Notes: generated by a model from the letters alone, not told the origin. Shown: positions 1 through 15,281, counted from the first letter of the stretch. The stretch is DNA of 64,000 nucleotides from Eledone cirrhosa (GCA_964016885.1 OZ024743.1:28582001-28646000); one strand, 5' to 3'. Numbers and translations are program-made.

Positions 1-177
1 GTCACATTCTAGTGTTGAGTGAATTGACTCTCTCCTGAAAAAATTGCTGGCCTTTTGCATAAATTTGTTCCATAATGAAACAAAACATAAGTCAAATATA
101 TTGATTCATTATCGATATATGAGTTTCATAATAGTTCACTCACTGCCTCCGTCACTCTCGCTCTCCCTATCCTTCAG

Positions 178-314
178 TATTATGCGCAAATGGGGGCCAG
201 GCGCTGGCCGCCATGCACTCCCGGAGGACAGAATAGAAAAAAGTGCTTACCAGGAGGATGGTGTGGGAGACGTGTTGGAAGAGCCATTCCAGCTCCCGTG
301 GCTCACACCTGCAG
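178..314 (+). other. Possible exon (GC-rich island between a pyrimidine-rich acceptor and a CAG|GTAACC donor)
   Basis: ctctccctatccttcag acceptor, two open frames; product not recognised; could be a TE fragment. Confidence 0.2.
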
Positions 315-387
315 GTAACCAGCACTGTGCCGATGGTGGTGGGTAGGGAAGTGGTCCTAGTGCCAATGACATAAGAAGTCTCCACTG

Positions 388-1515
388 CTAGAAACCATTA
401 TTTTACGGCCCTTGCCATTCTGAGTTCAAATCCCGCCGAGGTTAACTTTGCCTTTCATCCTTATGGGGTCGATAAAATAAAGTACCAGTAATACACTGGT
501 TAATTGCTGGCCTTGTGCCAAAAGTAGAAACAATTATTTAAGTAAAGATGGGTGGTGGATTGGCAGAATCGGTAGAGGGTCTGACGCCATGCTTTGCAGC
601 ATAGAGTTACGGCCCTTTATGGTCTGAGTTCAAATCCCGCCGAGGTTAACTTCGCCTATCATCCTTACGGGGTCGATAGATTAAAGTACCAGTAATACAC
701 TGGTATAATTGCTGGCCTTGTGCCAAAAGTAGAAACAATTATTTAAGTAAAAAGTAAAGAGATAGGCGATGTACTGGCAAAATTCGTAGTAGTATTTTGT
801 TTCGGTTCTTTACGTTTTAACTTCAAATCACCAATTTTGCTCGTCATTCTTTCAGGCTCGGTAACATAGATTCAGTAAAACATTAACGCACATTTAATCA
901 CATATACCATTTCTAAAGTATATGCTTCCTTAGTAGAGATCATTTTAGAGTTAACGCCTAAGTTTGGCGGAGTGGTAGGATCGCTAGAACATCGGAAATA
1001 CCATCCTGTGGTATTTAGTAACATGTCTAATACTAAGTTCGAATTCTGCTGAATTGATTTCGTTTTTCTTTAATTTGTTTTGTATGTGTATGCATGTATG
1101 TGTATGTATATATATATATATGTGTGTGTGTATATGTATATGTGTGTGTGAGTGGGTGTGTGAAGGGACATTAAATTATGTACCAGTTGAGTATCATTAT
1201 ATATCTCATGACTTTGCCTTTCATCCTTACGGGGTCGATAAAATAAAGTACCAGTAATACACTGGTAATTGCTGGCCTTGTGCCAAAAGTAGAAACAATT
1301 ATATATTTCATGGATTGGCAGTATCGGTAGAGGGTCGGGCGCCATGCTTTGAAGCATAGAGTTACCTCCCTCTATGATCTGAGTTCAAATCCCGCTGAGG
1401 TTAACTTTGCTTTTCATCCTTACGGGGTCGATAAAATAAAGTACCAGTAATATACAGAGATAATTGCTGGCCTTGTGCCAAAAGTAGAAACAATTATATA
1501 TTTCATGGATTGGCA
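388..1515 (+). mobile_element. Cluster of tRNA-derived SINE copies, partly head-to-tail
   Basis: A-box-like tggcagaatcggtagag, B-box gagttcaaatccc, conserved core gcctttcatccttacggggtcgataaaataaagtaccag, tail gctggccttgtgccaaaagtagaaacaattat. Confidence 0.85.
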
Positions 1516-1828
1516 TCCCACACATTTCATGTCATGTTCATATCTTGTAACTCATCATTATCCTCATGTAGTGTGTAGTGTGTGTATGTAGTGTGTGTGT
1601 ATGTAGTGCGTGTGTATGTGTGTGTATCGGTATGTGTATGTGTAGTGTGTGATTGTATGTGGTGGTGGTGTTGTTGTTTGTTTATATATAAACATATAGA
1701 GTAATTTGCCGTTGTTTATACACACGTTCTTGCAGTTGTTGTTGTTGTTTTCTTTTTATTAACAGTAGTGGAAATAGAAATATTAGTATTATTGTCTATC
1801 CGTTTGTGTGTATATATGTATATAGCAC

Positions 1829-1864
<36 letters not shown>

Positions 1865-1935
1865 GTGCTATATACATATATACACACAAACGGATAGACA
1901 ATAATACTAATATTTTTATTATATATATATATATC

Positions 1936-1968
<33 letters not shown>

Positions 1969-2045
1969 GCGTGTATATGTATATTTATGTATATGTATAT
2001 ATATATATATGTCTGTATATGTATATATATATATGTCTGTTTATG

Positions 2046-2141
<96 letters not shown>

Positions 2142-2191
2142 TGTATATATATATATATATGTCTCTCTCTCTCTCTATATATATATATATG

Positions 2192-2256
<65 letters not shown>

Positions 2257-2632
2257 ATATATATATATATATCTGTTTATACATTCGTTGATGTGAATGT
2301 TTGCGTGTCCCGAGTGCGTGAATTCCCTTCACATTGCGTAGTCTACGGACAAGCCCCATATAGTGTGGGTGCCAACCATTACCAGCCAAGCACCAACCAC
2401 ATGCCCCCGATGACAGCTGGATCTGGGAGGAGCTATCTACATCATTACACTAATAAAACATACACTCGCTCGCAAACACACACATACACACATGTATATA
2501 TATATATATATATATACATATTTATATATATGTGTGTGTATGTAAATTCTAACAAATTATATAATATATATACCCCTAATATAATATAAATATATGCATA
2601 TATATATATTTTTGTATGTATATATATGCACG

Positions 2633-2686
<54 letters not shown>

Positions 2687-2687
2687 G

Positions 2688-2744
<57 letters not shown>

Positions 2745-2785
2745 GCTAGATAGATAGATCGATAGATATGTACTTATATATATAT

Positions 2786-2899
<114 letters not shown>

Positions 2900-2901
2900 A
2901 T

Positions 2902-2964
<63 letters not shown>

Positions 2965-3354
2965 GGTGTGTGCGTGCGTGTGCATATGTATGTATATATG
3001 TATGTATGCATGTATGTATGTAATGATGCCCACTATCAATGACATATTTATATATTCCGAAACATTATATATCAATGTATATATACATGTATATATATCA
3101 ATGTATATATACATGAATTTATACATTTTTTTATACGTTACATATATCCTTCAATCCCAATTTACCTTCATTTCTTATCCCTCCTAAATTTTTCATAATT
3201 TGTCTCTTTTCATGCAACAACTAATAAATAAAGAAGACATACACAAACGAATATACAACAATAAAAAGAATCAACACCCCACGCCTGGTGTATCTATTAC
3301 AGTAACAACAACACTAACAACAGTAATAGTAGTAGCAATAATTAAATCTGAAAG

Positions 3355-3532
<178 letters not shown>

Positions 3533-3550
3533 ATATATATATATATATAT

Positions 3551-3606
<56 letters not shown>

Positions 3607-3759
3607 ATAATAATAAACATATAGTAATTTTAACATATATATATATATATATATATATATAGTAATATTAATAAATATACAGTAATTTTGATATATATAT
3701 ATAATATCATAATATATTATATTATGCTATGTTTATATTCATATATATTCATATATATA

Positions 3760-3809
<50 letters not shown>

Positions 3810-4047
3810 TCTATATATCTATATATATATATATATATATACATATATACATATATATATATATACATATATATATATACATATATATATAATGTATATA
3901 TATATATGTATATATTTATATATGTATATAGATATATATATATATATATATATTGTTATACTTGGGGAGGGTCATATTTGTGTAATATTGCCAGAATTAA
4001 TAACAGAACACACTCACTGTTTGGCAAAACTAATTCATCGCCGTTAT

Positions 4048-4094
<47 letters not shown>

Positions 4095-4572
4095 TTGATA
4101 GACAGAGAAGGAGTGTGGTAGGAGGAGAGAGAGGGGGAGAAACTAGTAAACTGAAACAAATATGCGGGAGGTGGAAATAATAGAGATAGACAGATAGTTA
4201 ATGAGATAGAGCGATAGGGAGAAAGAAGGAGAGAGAGTAAGAAACCGAGAGAGAGAAAGGAAAAGAGGGGAGGAGAGACAGAGAGAAGGAGGCAACTATA
4301 TTTACAACGTTAAAGAGACATTAAAGTTTAAAACAGACAACGATACAAGGGAAGAAACATTGAAAAGTGAAGAGAAAACACACAACACAGCGAGATATAA
4401 AGAATAGAGAACTATATATCTTCATATAAATATATATATTTATTAAATATACATAAATATATATAGAGAGAGAGATATATGTATATACATATATGTATAT
4501 GTATATAAAAACTTATAAATAAATATATTTATTTATTACATTATTTATTTGTACACACTCGCAGTGTTTATA

Positions 4573-4632
4573 TATAAAAGCTGAACCAAAGATCAACAAC
4601 TTCAGTGCCTGGGACTCCAACAGAAGGTAAAC
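4573..4632 (+). promoter_or_regulatory. Candidate core promoter (TATA + Inr) with a 23-nt non-coding first exon and splice donor
   Basis: TATAAAAG at 4573-4580; TCAGT initiator with A at 4604, which puts the TATA at -31; AAG|GTAAAC donor after 4626; lies in non-repetitive sequence. Confidence 0.45.
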
Positions 4633-5214
4633 ATCTTTCTCTAAAGCTCTCCTTATAACTATGTTTCCTTATAACTATGTATTCGTTAGCTACCTTTTTT
4701 ACAGTATCATTCTATCACTTTCCATACATAATAACACAACTGTACATTGTTTCCGTTTTTTTCCAGTTTTACAGCACACATCGCATTCATTGCAGTTACT
4801 AACTAGCATGTATGTGATGTTGAAAAAAAACAAAACAACACTGTTCTTATACCTATCTATCTATATACCAGTCTGTCTAATTCCATAACTATATCTTTAG
4901 ACTTTTAGTCTTTTTCATTTGTTTTATTTTATTTTATTTTCACTGGTTCCAGTCATGGATTGCGACCAGGTTAGGGCATCACTTTTACTGAGGTTTTAGT
5001 AGATCATACAGCTAGCTACTGTTTAATTTCTTCTCATACTACTTACATATCTTTTTATTTTTATTATTATTTTTTTTTTTTTCTAATTTCATGAATCATA
5101 AACTTAGACACATAAGCATACTCTCTCACTCACTCCCTCTCTCTCTCTCGCGCTCTCTCACTCTCTCTCTATCTCTCTCTCTCTCTCTCTCTCTCATATA
5201 CATACACATGCATG

Positions 5215-5270
<56 letters not shown>

Positions 5271-5351
5271 AGGCTCAGCCGTCGTGTGTCGATGTATGAG
5301 GGTTCAACAGTTTTCTCAGTCCAAATGTATATACATACATATATGTATATA

Positions 5352-5393
<42 letters not shown>

Positions 5394-5443
5394 AATATAT
5401 GTATATATATATATATAAATATATATATGTATATATGTATGTA

Positions 5444-5699
<256 letters not shown>

Positions 5700-5737
5700 A
5701 TCCATGTGCAACCATGCAGTATTCTTCTCCCCATATT

Positions 5738-5829
<92 letters not shown>

Positions 5830-5868
5830 GTATGTATATATATGTATATATATATATGTATATATATG

Positions 5869-5999
<131 letters not shown>

Positions 6000-6223
6000 G
6001 TGAGGTTTTTTTTACAAAGTGAAAAATAACCGAGGTGTCCTACACGAGTGAAAGTATAAAGAAAAAGAGATGAAATCGAAAATGCAACTGGAGTCTTATT
6101 TTTTTTTTAAATATATATATTTATTTGGTTCCTTTTCCGGTTTCGCAGTTCTTCTGCTTTTCAAAAGGTGAGTTGAGATGGAGGGTCTGTGGTTTTTCTC
6201 CACAGACCCTCCATCTCAACTCA

Positions 6224-6261
6224 CCTTTTGAAAAGCAGAAGAACTGCGAAACCGGAAAAGG
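6224..6261 (+). ncRNA. Hammerhead variant with U3-A8 core (mirror 6131-6168 minus; second locus 10629-10661 minus)
   Basis: CCTT TTGAAAA GCAG-AAGAA-CTGC GAAA CCGG AA AAGG; the 10629 copy reads CTT TTGAAAA ... GAAA CCGG TA AAG with an intact GUA site. Confidence 0.6.
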
Positions 6262-6330
6262 AACCAAATAAATATATATATTTAAAAAAAAAATAAGACT
6301 CCAGTTGCATTTTCGATTTCATCTCTTTTT

Positions 6331-6464
<134 letters not shown>

Positions 6465-6531
6465 ATATATATACATATATACATATATATATATATACAT
6501 ATATATATATGGTCGGTCAAGGTGTCAAGGT

Positions 6532-6569
<38 letters not shown>

Positions 6570-6743
6570 CTTGATCACCTTGACCGACCAGTCTGTCGGG
6601 CGCCATTCGGTGCCGCTGGTCACAGCATGTGCTGTTTTAGCCATACGATGACGCCATCCCACTGGCTGGGTGGGCAGGCCGATATATATATATATTAGCC
6701 GTCGAAACGGCTTGAGCTCAGCCGTCGGGGTCCTACTCGTTCC

Positions 6744-6774
<31 letters not shown>

Positions 6775-6823
6775 GAATGTATGTATTATATACATATATA
6801 TATATAAATATATATAAGTATAT

Positions 6824-6920
<97 letters not shown>

Positions 6921-7370
6921 GCACAACGGACATTTTTACAGCTTCTGTCGACCGGCCTTTACATTCAACTCCCAAAATAATGCATTCTTTCCTAAAACTC
7001 ACATCAATGACTGTTCAATGATCTCATGTAAAGTTTGAAACTTAAATTCAACAAAAAGAAATATTACCAAAGTTTGTCGAAAATCTTTTTTTCAAAAACT
7101 CATACTTTCACTTACCTTAAACATAACACTTCTACTGCTTCTACCACCAGCACTACCATTACTACAAATACTACTACTTTCTTTATCTGCTACCAGGACG
7201 ATAGATGGAGAGAGGGTCGTTGCTAGGGTATTTATAAAGAATGTATATATATATATATATATATAGAAAATAAGCATGAATTGCAAAAATATTCATTTAT
7301 TCCCTACTTTTTTTTTAAATTTCAGTATTAGACTGAGCCTTTACCGTGGTTTTGCTTTGAAGGTAAACAT

Positions 7371-7485
<115 letters not shown>

Positions 7486-7561
7486 CATACATATATATGT
7501 GTGTGTGTGTGTACTTGTATATGAAAATGTGTGTATCAAGCGTGGAAAACAACTGTAAAAG

Positions 7562-7925
7562 TTCTTCTTCTTCTTCTTCTTCTTCTTCTTCTTCTTCTTC
7601 TTCTTCTTCTTCTTCGCCCACTTAATCCTTTGATGGTCGTGTGGGCAGAACCCTCAAACACACCTTCCAAGCGAGACCGGTCAAGTTCATGGAAGTTAGC
7701 CAACCATCTTGTTCAAGGTCTACCTCTGGGTCTCCTACCGGTTGGTTTTGCTCCTAAATCATGTCCAGTGATTCTTTCCTGAAACATTCTAACCATATGC
7801 CCATAGTATCTGAGCTGTGACCTCTCAATTCGGAGAAGTAGCAACTCTGCCTGATCTCCGAGCTACACACTCTATCGAGTAACGTTACTCCAAAGACACT
7901 TCGGACGAATCCCATTTCGGCCGCT
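7562..7925 (-). mobile_element. RTE-clade LINE 3' end with (GAA)n tail
   Basis: AEMGFVRSVFGVTLLDR, RIERSQLRYYGHMVRM, GRRPRGRP*TRW; (CTT)n at 7562-7614 on the + strand. Confidence 0.8.
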
Positions 7926-8234
7926 GTAAAAGTTGATCGCTATTATTAATAGCGTAGAAAATCAAAAATACCACTGTAGACGAGCTTCGACGTAGTTTCT
8001 GTCTACCATGTTCCACTCAAAAGGGATTGGTTAGCCCGATGCTATAGCAGAAGACACTTCCCAATGTGCCACATAATGGGACTGTACCCTAACCAACGTG
8101 GTTACAAACCAAACATGTTAAGCTCACAACCATCTATGCGCCTATAAATAGGTCCAGTATAGAAAGTAATTAAATAAAACCTCAAAATATCGGAACTTAG
8201 TGGTGCCAATCAGTCAATATCAAATACTTGATTA

Positions 8235-8307
<73 letters not shown>

Positions 8308-8844
8308 ACCCCCCCTCTCTCACGTACATCCAGCAGCTGTTTTCCCAGAGTTACAGACAGTTTTGGGCCTAAAATTAATCACATTTATCCAGTACATTGT
8401 TGCCACACTTACTCGTCATTCATAAGAATTGCTGCGAAGCGCCCTTTTTTTTTTTTACACTCACCTTCCTCTTTAAAGAGTACTTGAAGTAACTGAGGAG
8501 AATTTGACCAAAGACGAAAATGTCTGGGTTCAATCCCCTCAGTCCCGTTCACCATGCTATCCCTTCAACAATAACCACAGAGAAAACATGCACGCTCTTT
8601 ATTGACTAAGGATTTCGGTGTGGCGAATAGTAATAGGAATAACAACAAAAATAATAATAGTAATGGTTTATAATTTAGCAATTTGTGTAGAGGGAAAGGA
8701 AAGTCGATTGTATCAGATCCATTACTTGATTCGTACTTTATTTCATCGACCCAGGAATTATAAAACTCAACGTTGACCTCGGCCGATTGTTTCCAACGTT
8801 TATATGAAAACAATAGTAATAAGTATTATTATTATTATTATTAT

Positions 8845-9545
8845 TATTGGCCTTGTGCCAAAAGTAGAAACAATTATTATTATTATTATTGGATTGGCAA
8901 AAGATGGTGGTGGATTGGCAGTATCGGTAGAGGCGTCGGACGCCATGCTTTGACGCATAGAGTTACGGCCTTTGCCATTTTGAGTTCAAATCCCGCCGAG
9001 GTTAACTTTGCCTTTCATCCTTACGGGGTCGATAAAATAAAATACCAGTAATGTACTGGGTAATTACTGGCCTTGTGCCAAAAGTAGAAACAATTATTAT
9101 TATTGGATTGGCAAAATCCGTAGAGCGTCGGACAAAATGCTTTGCGGTATTTAGTTATGGCCCTTTACGTTCTGATTTCAAATCCCGCCGAGGTTAACTT
9201 TGCCTTTCATCCTTATGGGGTCGATAAAATAAAGTACCAGTCACGCACTGGGGTCGATTTAATCGACTTTCCCTTCCCCTCAAAATTACTGGCCTTGTGC
9301 CTATATAAGAAGCCATTGTTATTATTGGATTGGCAAAATCCGTAGAGCGTCGGAGAAAATGCTTTGTGGTATTTAGTTATGGCCCTTTACGTTCAAATCC
9401 TGCCGAGGTTAGCTTTGCCTTTAATCCTTACGGGGTCGAAAAAATAAAGTACCAGTAATGCACTGTGGTCGATTTAGTCGACGTTCCCCCCATCCCACAA
9501 AAAAAAAAAACTGCTGGCCTTGTGCCTATAGTAGAAACAATTATT
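8845..9545 (+). mobile_element. Tandem array of three SINE units of the same family
   Basis: Three consecutive ~190-225 bp units with the same A/B boxes and core. Confidence 0.85.
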
Positions 9546-10236
9546 TCTTGTATTTGCCATAAGTGAGCTAAATTAGGGGACATTACATTGAGGAATTTTA
9601 AAACTGATGTGGATTTGAATCAGAATTGATAGTTGAAAAACGATAAAGAAACGAAACGTATACATAAGACGTGAAATGAGACGTCTCTTTGGAGGGAAAG
9701 CCTCATAGATCCAATCATGGAACCGTCTATAACGAGAGTGTGTGAGCCCATTCACCCTAGGCATTCTCGTCATTCTCACTCATCTTGTTTCAGTCAATTT
9801 ACTGGAGGGCAGCACATTGCTTCTCTATAACAACAATAAATCACTGACTATAGATACAGGGTGGCCCCCCCAAAAAAAACAGAACTCATAAAAATTATAT
9901 TAAATTCTACAACGGTCCAACATGAAACGTCACGCTGTGTACAATCACTCCCCAACGTTTCAGTTATCTTGGTCGCTTTGCATAAAAGTCATGTTCTTTC
10001 CAAAATATGCTTCAATATGGGCTGATGATGCCATGTTTAGAGATTTCTACCCTTGCTGTGCACTTTGCTGAGTGTAACGGCCTCAGTAACACATCCTGTA
10101 GGTTTATGTGCTCTAGTGATACAGCAACACGAAACAACAGAAAGAAAAACACATGGTAACATATCTGACTATTAATCTATCTATAATACCAACTATCTAT
10201 CTATCTAGGCTTGCGTGCATAATATATATATATAAA

Positions 10237-10280
<44 letters not shown>

Positions 10281-10425
10281 GTATGTATGTATGTATGTAT
10301 GTATGTATATATATATATATATATGTGTGTGTATGTGTGTGTGTGTATATGTATATATGTATATATACATATATGTATTTATGTATATATGTATATGTAT
10401 ATATATGTATATAATATATATACAT

Positions 10426-10503
<78 letters not shown>

Positions 10504-10850
10504 GTGAGGTTTTTTTTACAAAATGAAAAAAAAGGAGGTGTCCTACACGAGTGAAAGTATAAAGAAAAAGGATCAAATCGAAAATGCAACTGCAGTCTTT
10601 CTTTTTTAAATATATATTTATTTGTTTCCTTTACCGGTTTCGAAGTTGTGCTTTTCAAAAGTAAAATTGAGATGGAGGGTTTGTGGTTTTTCTCACATAT
10701 ATATACATATATACATATATAAATAAATATATGTATATATATATGCAAAAGTTTTATTTAAAATTTTATTTAATATGTGCAAAAGTTTTATTTAATATGG
10801 TTTTATAAATATAGTTTCCATTTGTTTAATATCGTATATGTATATATATA

Positions 10851-10936
<86 letters not shown>

Positions 10937-10939
<3 letters not shown>

Positions 10940-11265
10940 GCCCCAACCTATTCGCCCACAACAAAAATCAAACTCGCATCTAATAACAACTTACGGCACA
11001 ATTATGTCACCTAAACTGATCCCGCTCTCTTTAACATAACACTAAAATACATTAAAACTGGAACAGAGCCCATATTTGGAAAAGTCTTTGGACAAAATCC
11101 TCCATGAAGTTCCAAATATGCTCGGATATGTCTCCAAACTCGGATATGTCTCCAAAAACAATAACTCTCTACTTGAGTGGGCCATGGTTTCCAGATCATG
11201 ATTTGAAAGATTTCGCCAGGTGATGCTACAACGTTAAACATGGCCGAAAACTATTAAAATTATCA
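10937..11265 (+). mobile_element. CR1-group LINE 3' end (related copies at 37695-37850 minus and 47990-48265 plus)
   Basis: Shared PALFNIT...SLDK.L..IPDKPPTPGY...NSLLEWA C-terminus and ctatcaaagtta-like tail; all three copies lie in or next to (TA)n. Confidence 0.65.
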
Positions 11266-11331
11266 AATTTAAATTTACACACACACTTTCTATAAACTTT
11301 AATCTGTTATTTTAATAAATTTATATATATT

Positions 11332-11426
<95 letters not shown>

Positions 11427-11735
11427 ATAAGGGCGCTGCGGAGTTGCAAATAGGTTACATATGAAACAAGTTTGTCCTTCATCAGTGATCTTCCAACCAT
11501 CATAGGCATTTCATCGCTTTAAAGACCATATACCTCCGGTTGGTGCGAGCAACGGCTAAAAAAGACGTTGAGACACGTAAATAAAGGGGACGCGAGGGTA
11601 AACAAACAAAATGGTGAAGCAACAGAAAGTGAGGAAGAAAGAGACAAGTCCCAGATTTCTATGAATTTAAATTCCGTGAAATCGTGAACGAGAGAATAAA
11701 GACCATCAAACCTGGTTGAAATGTGAGCAAGGAAG

Positions 11736-11798
<63 letters not shown>

Positions 11799-11806
11799 CA
11801 TACATA

Positions 11807-11907
11807 CAGTGTGTCTCCAAAAAATGTATACACACTTTCATTACCTGTACACTCAATAAATATTAGAATGCACAGTCTTTGTGTATACATGTTTTTTGGG
11901 ACACCCA

Positions 11908-11908
<1 letters not shown>
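11807..11908. mobile_element. Tc1/mariner-type MITE (related copy 14775-14853, half copy near 43313)
   Basis: Imperfect TIRs cag(t/g)gtgtc.ccaaaaaatgtatacac / gtgtatacatgttttttgggacaccc, flanked by TA. Confidence 0.7.
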
Positions 11909-11946
<38 letters not shown>

Positions 11947-12614
11947 TAAAGTTAGTCTTTCATCAGTGATCTTTCAACCATCATTGGTATTTCATCGCTT
12001 TAAAGACCATATACCTCCGGTTGGTGCGAGCAACGGCTAAAAAAAGTCGTTGGGACACGTAAATAAAGGGGACACGAGTGTAAACAAACAAAGATGGTGA
12101 AGCAACGAAAAGTGAGGAAGAAGGAGTCAAGTCCCAAATTTCTATGAATTTAAGTTCGGTGAAATCGTGGACGAGAGAGAATAAAGATCATCAAACCTGG
12201 TAGGAATGTGAGCAAGGAAGGAATTCCGTACAGGTCTAACGGGAGGAAGAAGGGATCTAGTCTGTGAATTCGGTGAACGTAAGTTCTGTGAAATCGTAGA
12301 CGAGAGAGAGAAAAAAAGCGACCTGCCAGACCAAGGGTGCGAAAGAAAAGAATTACGCACAGGTCAAACGGGAAGAAGGAGGAGGAGGAGAGGTAGTAAC
12401 AGAGAATGAGTGAATGGAGGGTGAGGAAGTGGCTAACAGAGAGAGTGACTGCTAGAGAGGGTAAAGATACAGAGAAAGAGGAAGCAGTAAGAACGAAATA
12501 GACGGGTCACAGCGGGGAAAAAAAAATGTGTAAATATGAGAATAAACGTGCTGCGTGGTTGCTAATGGGTTACATATGAATAAAGTTAGTCCTTCATCAG
12601 TGATCTTCCAACCG

Positions 12615-12665
<51 letters not shown>

Positions 12666-13158
12666 CGTGCCTGTTGTCCTGGGTATGACATTGAACTGCA
12701 TCCAGTGGCAGGGCGTTCGGGAGTTAGGAGGTGTAGTATTACCCTTAGTTGTTATCACTCCTAGGTCCCCTCGGGTCCGGAGCAGGAGTACCAGTTAAGG
12801 CCCCATTTATGGGCGAAATAATTACCTTACTCGAGTGGCGCCGTTAAGGTGTTATCAGCCATTGAAAGGAACCATGGAGAGTGATCTCGGGAATTTTACC
12901 GGCCCTAGATAGATAGATAACCGACATGTGGCTAAATACAAAATTATTGCAATTTTCAAACCGGGTAAACGGGACAAATATGTGCCAAGGCTATAACTTT
13001 GCATTTCAGGCGCATTCTATGCGTTGGGCTTCCATATATTTTCCGCCACCCCTATTTCTGTCATAAGACTTGGTCTGATACAAAATTAAGACAGTTGTCC
13101 AAGATGCCGTCCAGTAGTATAGATACCACGACCTTATGATTACGAAGCCAAATACTTA

Positions 13159-13241
<83 letters not shown>

Positions 13242-13513
13242 CTTTCTCTCTCTAAATATAAATATAAACGTAACTATAAACATGTGTGTATGCACATTAT
13301 ATATATATATATATATATAAAGTATTTAAAAAATAATGAATAAAACAATGAAACAGTTCCTTATATTAAACAAAAAAAGTTCATTATTTAACGATCGTTT
13401 CTAGGACATATATGTGTTAGAATTGGCATGCATATTCAAAAGATCTATGTACAAAATTATACAAACTATCAAAGAGAATATACATACCAACACATATATA
13501 TGCTGTCTTCAGA

Positions 13514-13553
<40 letters not shown>

Positions 13554-13566
13554 TTATTTATATGTA

Positions 13567-14489
13567 TGGAAAAAATGAAATTGAAATTTCATTTCTCACT
13601 CTTAATACGGCTGATACTTAAATGTAAGTATGTATACGTACATACATATATGTATACAGACGTACAGTAGTATGTATATACATACATGTACACATATATA
13701 TATGTACGTATGGGTTTAGCGAACATTTATTATAATGTTCGGTTTGTTTGTAAAAAAACAGCCCGAATTAAGCCGTACACTGTTCGGCAACCATCGTGGC
13801 CCTTTTGTTCAACACTGACAAAGGAACGATGAACTAGTTTTTAGCTTCTTAGCTGTCATCAGCCATGTATACCTTCCTGTCAATCGATTGAACGTTTGAC
13901 AGTATGTACTTTCCTTATGCATATTAACGGCTGAGTAGCCTAATTTGCATATCGAGTGAGTTAGTCGGCCGGGCGTACCAAAAACGATAAATGGAAAAAA
14001 TGAAATTGAAATTTCATTTCCCACTCTTAGTACGGCTGATACTCCAATATAAGTATGTATACGTACATACATATATGTATACAGACGTACAGTAGTATGT
14101 ATATACATACATGTACACATATATATATATGTACGTATGGGTTTACCGAACATTTATTATAATGTTCGGTTTGTTTGTAAACAAACAGCCCGAATTAAGC
14201 CGTACAGTGTTCGGCAACCATCGTTGCTCTTTTGTTCAACACTGACAAAGGAACGATGAACTAGTTTCTAGCTTCTTAGCTGTCATCAGCACCGTATACC
14301 TTCCTGTCAAACGATTGAACGTTTGAAAGTATATACTTTCCTTATGCATATTAACGGCTGAGCATATTTAAGTATCAGCCGTACTAAGAGTGAGAAATGA
14401 AATTTCAATTTCATTTTTTCCATTTGTCGTTTTCGGTACGCTTGGTCAACTAATTCACTCCATATGTAAATTAGGCTACTCAGTCGTTG
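13567..14489 (-). mobile_element. Non-coding 427-bp tandem unit (about 1.9 copies) plus inverted segment, retrozyme/pLTR-like
   Basis: 13567-13991 repeated from 13992 to ~14362; inverted copy 14365-14489; flanked by (TA)n; one hammerhead per unit. Confidence 0.8.
14254..14294 (-). ncRNA. Minimal type I hammerhead ribozyme in a 427-bp tandem unit (mutated copy 13827-13867)
   Basis: Minus strand: CGGTG CTGATGA C AGCT-AAGA-AGCT A GAAA CTAG TT CATCG; palindromic AACTAGTT loop III. Confidence 0.82.
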
Positions 14490-14491
14490 CC

Positions 14492-14603
<112 letters not shown>

Positions 14604-14624
14604 TATATACATATATATATATAC

Positions 14625-14697
<73 letters not shown>

Positions 14698-14956
14698 TAT
14701 ATATATAAATAAATATACATATTATGTGTGTGTGTGTGTGTGTGTGTACGCGCTTAAATAACTGTATATATACACAGGATGTCCCCAAAAAATTTATACA
14801 TACTTTAACAGCATTCTAATAAAAGGCTGTATATATTTTGGAGGGACACCCTGTATATATGTATACGTAGTATACATATATATGTACATATATGTGTGTG
14901 TTTGTGTGTGAATATGTATGTATATATGTATATATGTACTTATGTATGTACGTATG

Positions 14957-14988
<32 letters not shown>

Positions 14989-15185
14989 ATTATATATGTA
15001 TGTATGTATTTATGTATGTACGTATGTATGTATATATGTATATATATATATGTTAAGTTATTCCTGGTTGAATCGGAGGTAACCACAGTAAGTAAGGTAC
15101 TCAATAGATAGCAGAGTATAACAGTTATAATATAGATGAGATTCTACAGGACTAGAACTGTTTCATTCTTGAGAAATCATCAGGA

Positions 15186-15232
15186 ATTCCTGATGATTTC
15201 TGAAGAATGAAACAGTTCTAGTCCTGTAGAAT
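15186..15232 (+). ncRNA. Type I hammerhead ribozyme (mirror copy 15141-15187 minus)
   Basis: ATTC CTGATGA T TTC-TGAA-GAA T GAAA CAG-TTCTAGTC-CTG TA GAAT. Confidence 0.8.
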
Positions 15233-15236
15233 CTCA

Positions 15237-15281
<45 letters not shown>

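Noticed and set aside
388-1515. Repeated conserved blocks resembling a CRISPR array or tRNA genes
   Set aside because: Units are ~190-bp SINEs with homologous interiors, no unique spacers and no complete cloverleaf.
2404-2440. CCGATGA C AGCT...AGCT A resembling the 14254 ribozyme
   Set aside because: The GAAA and NUH half is absent.
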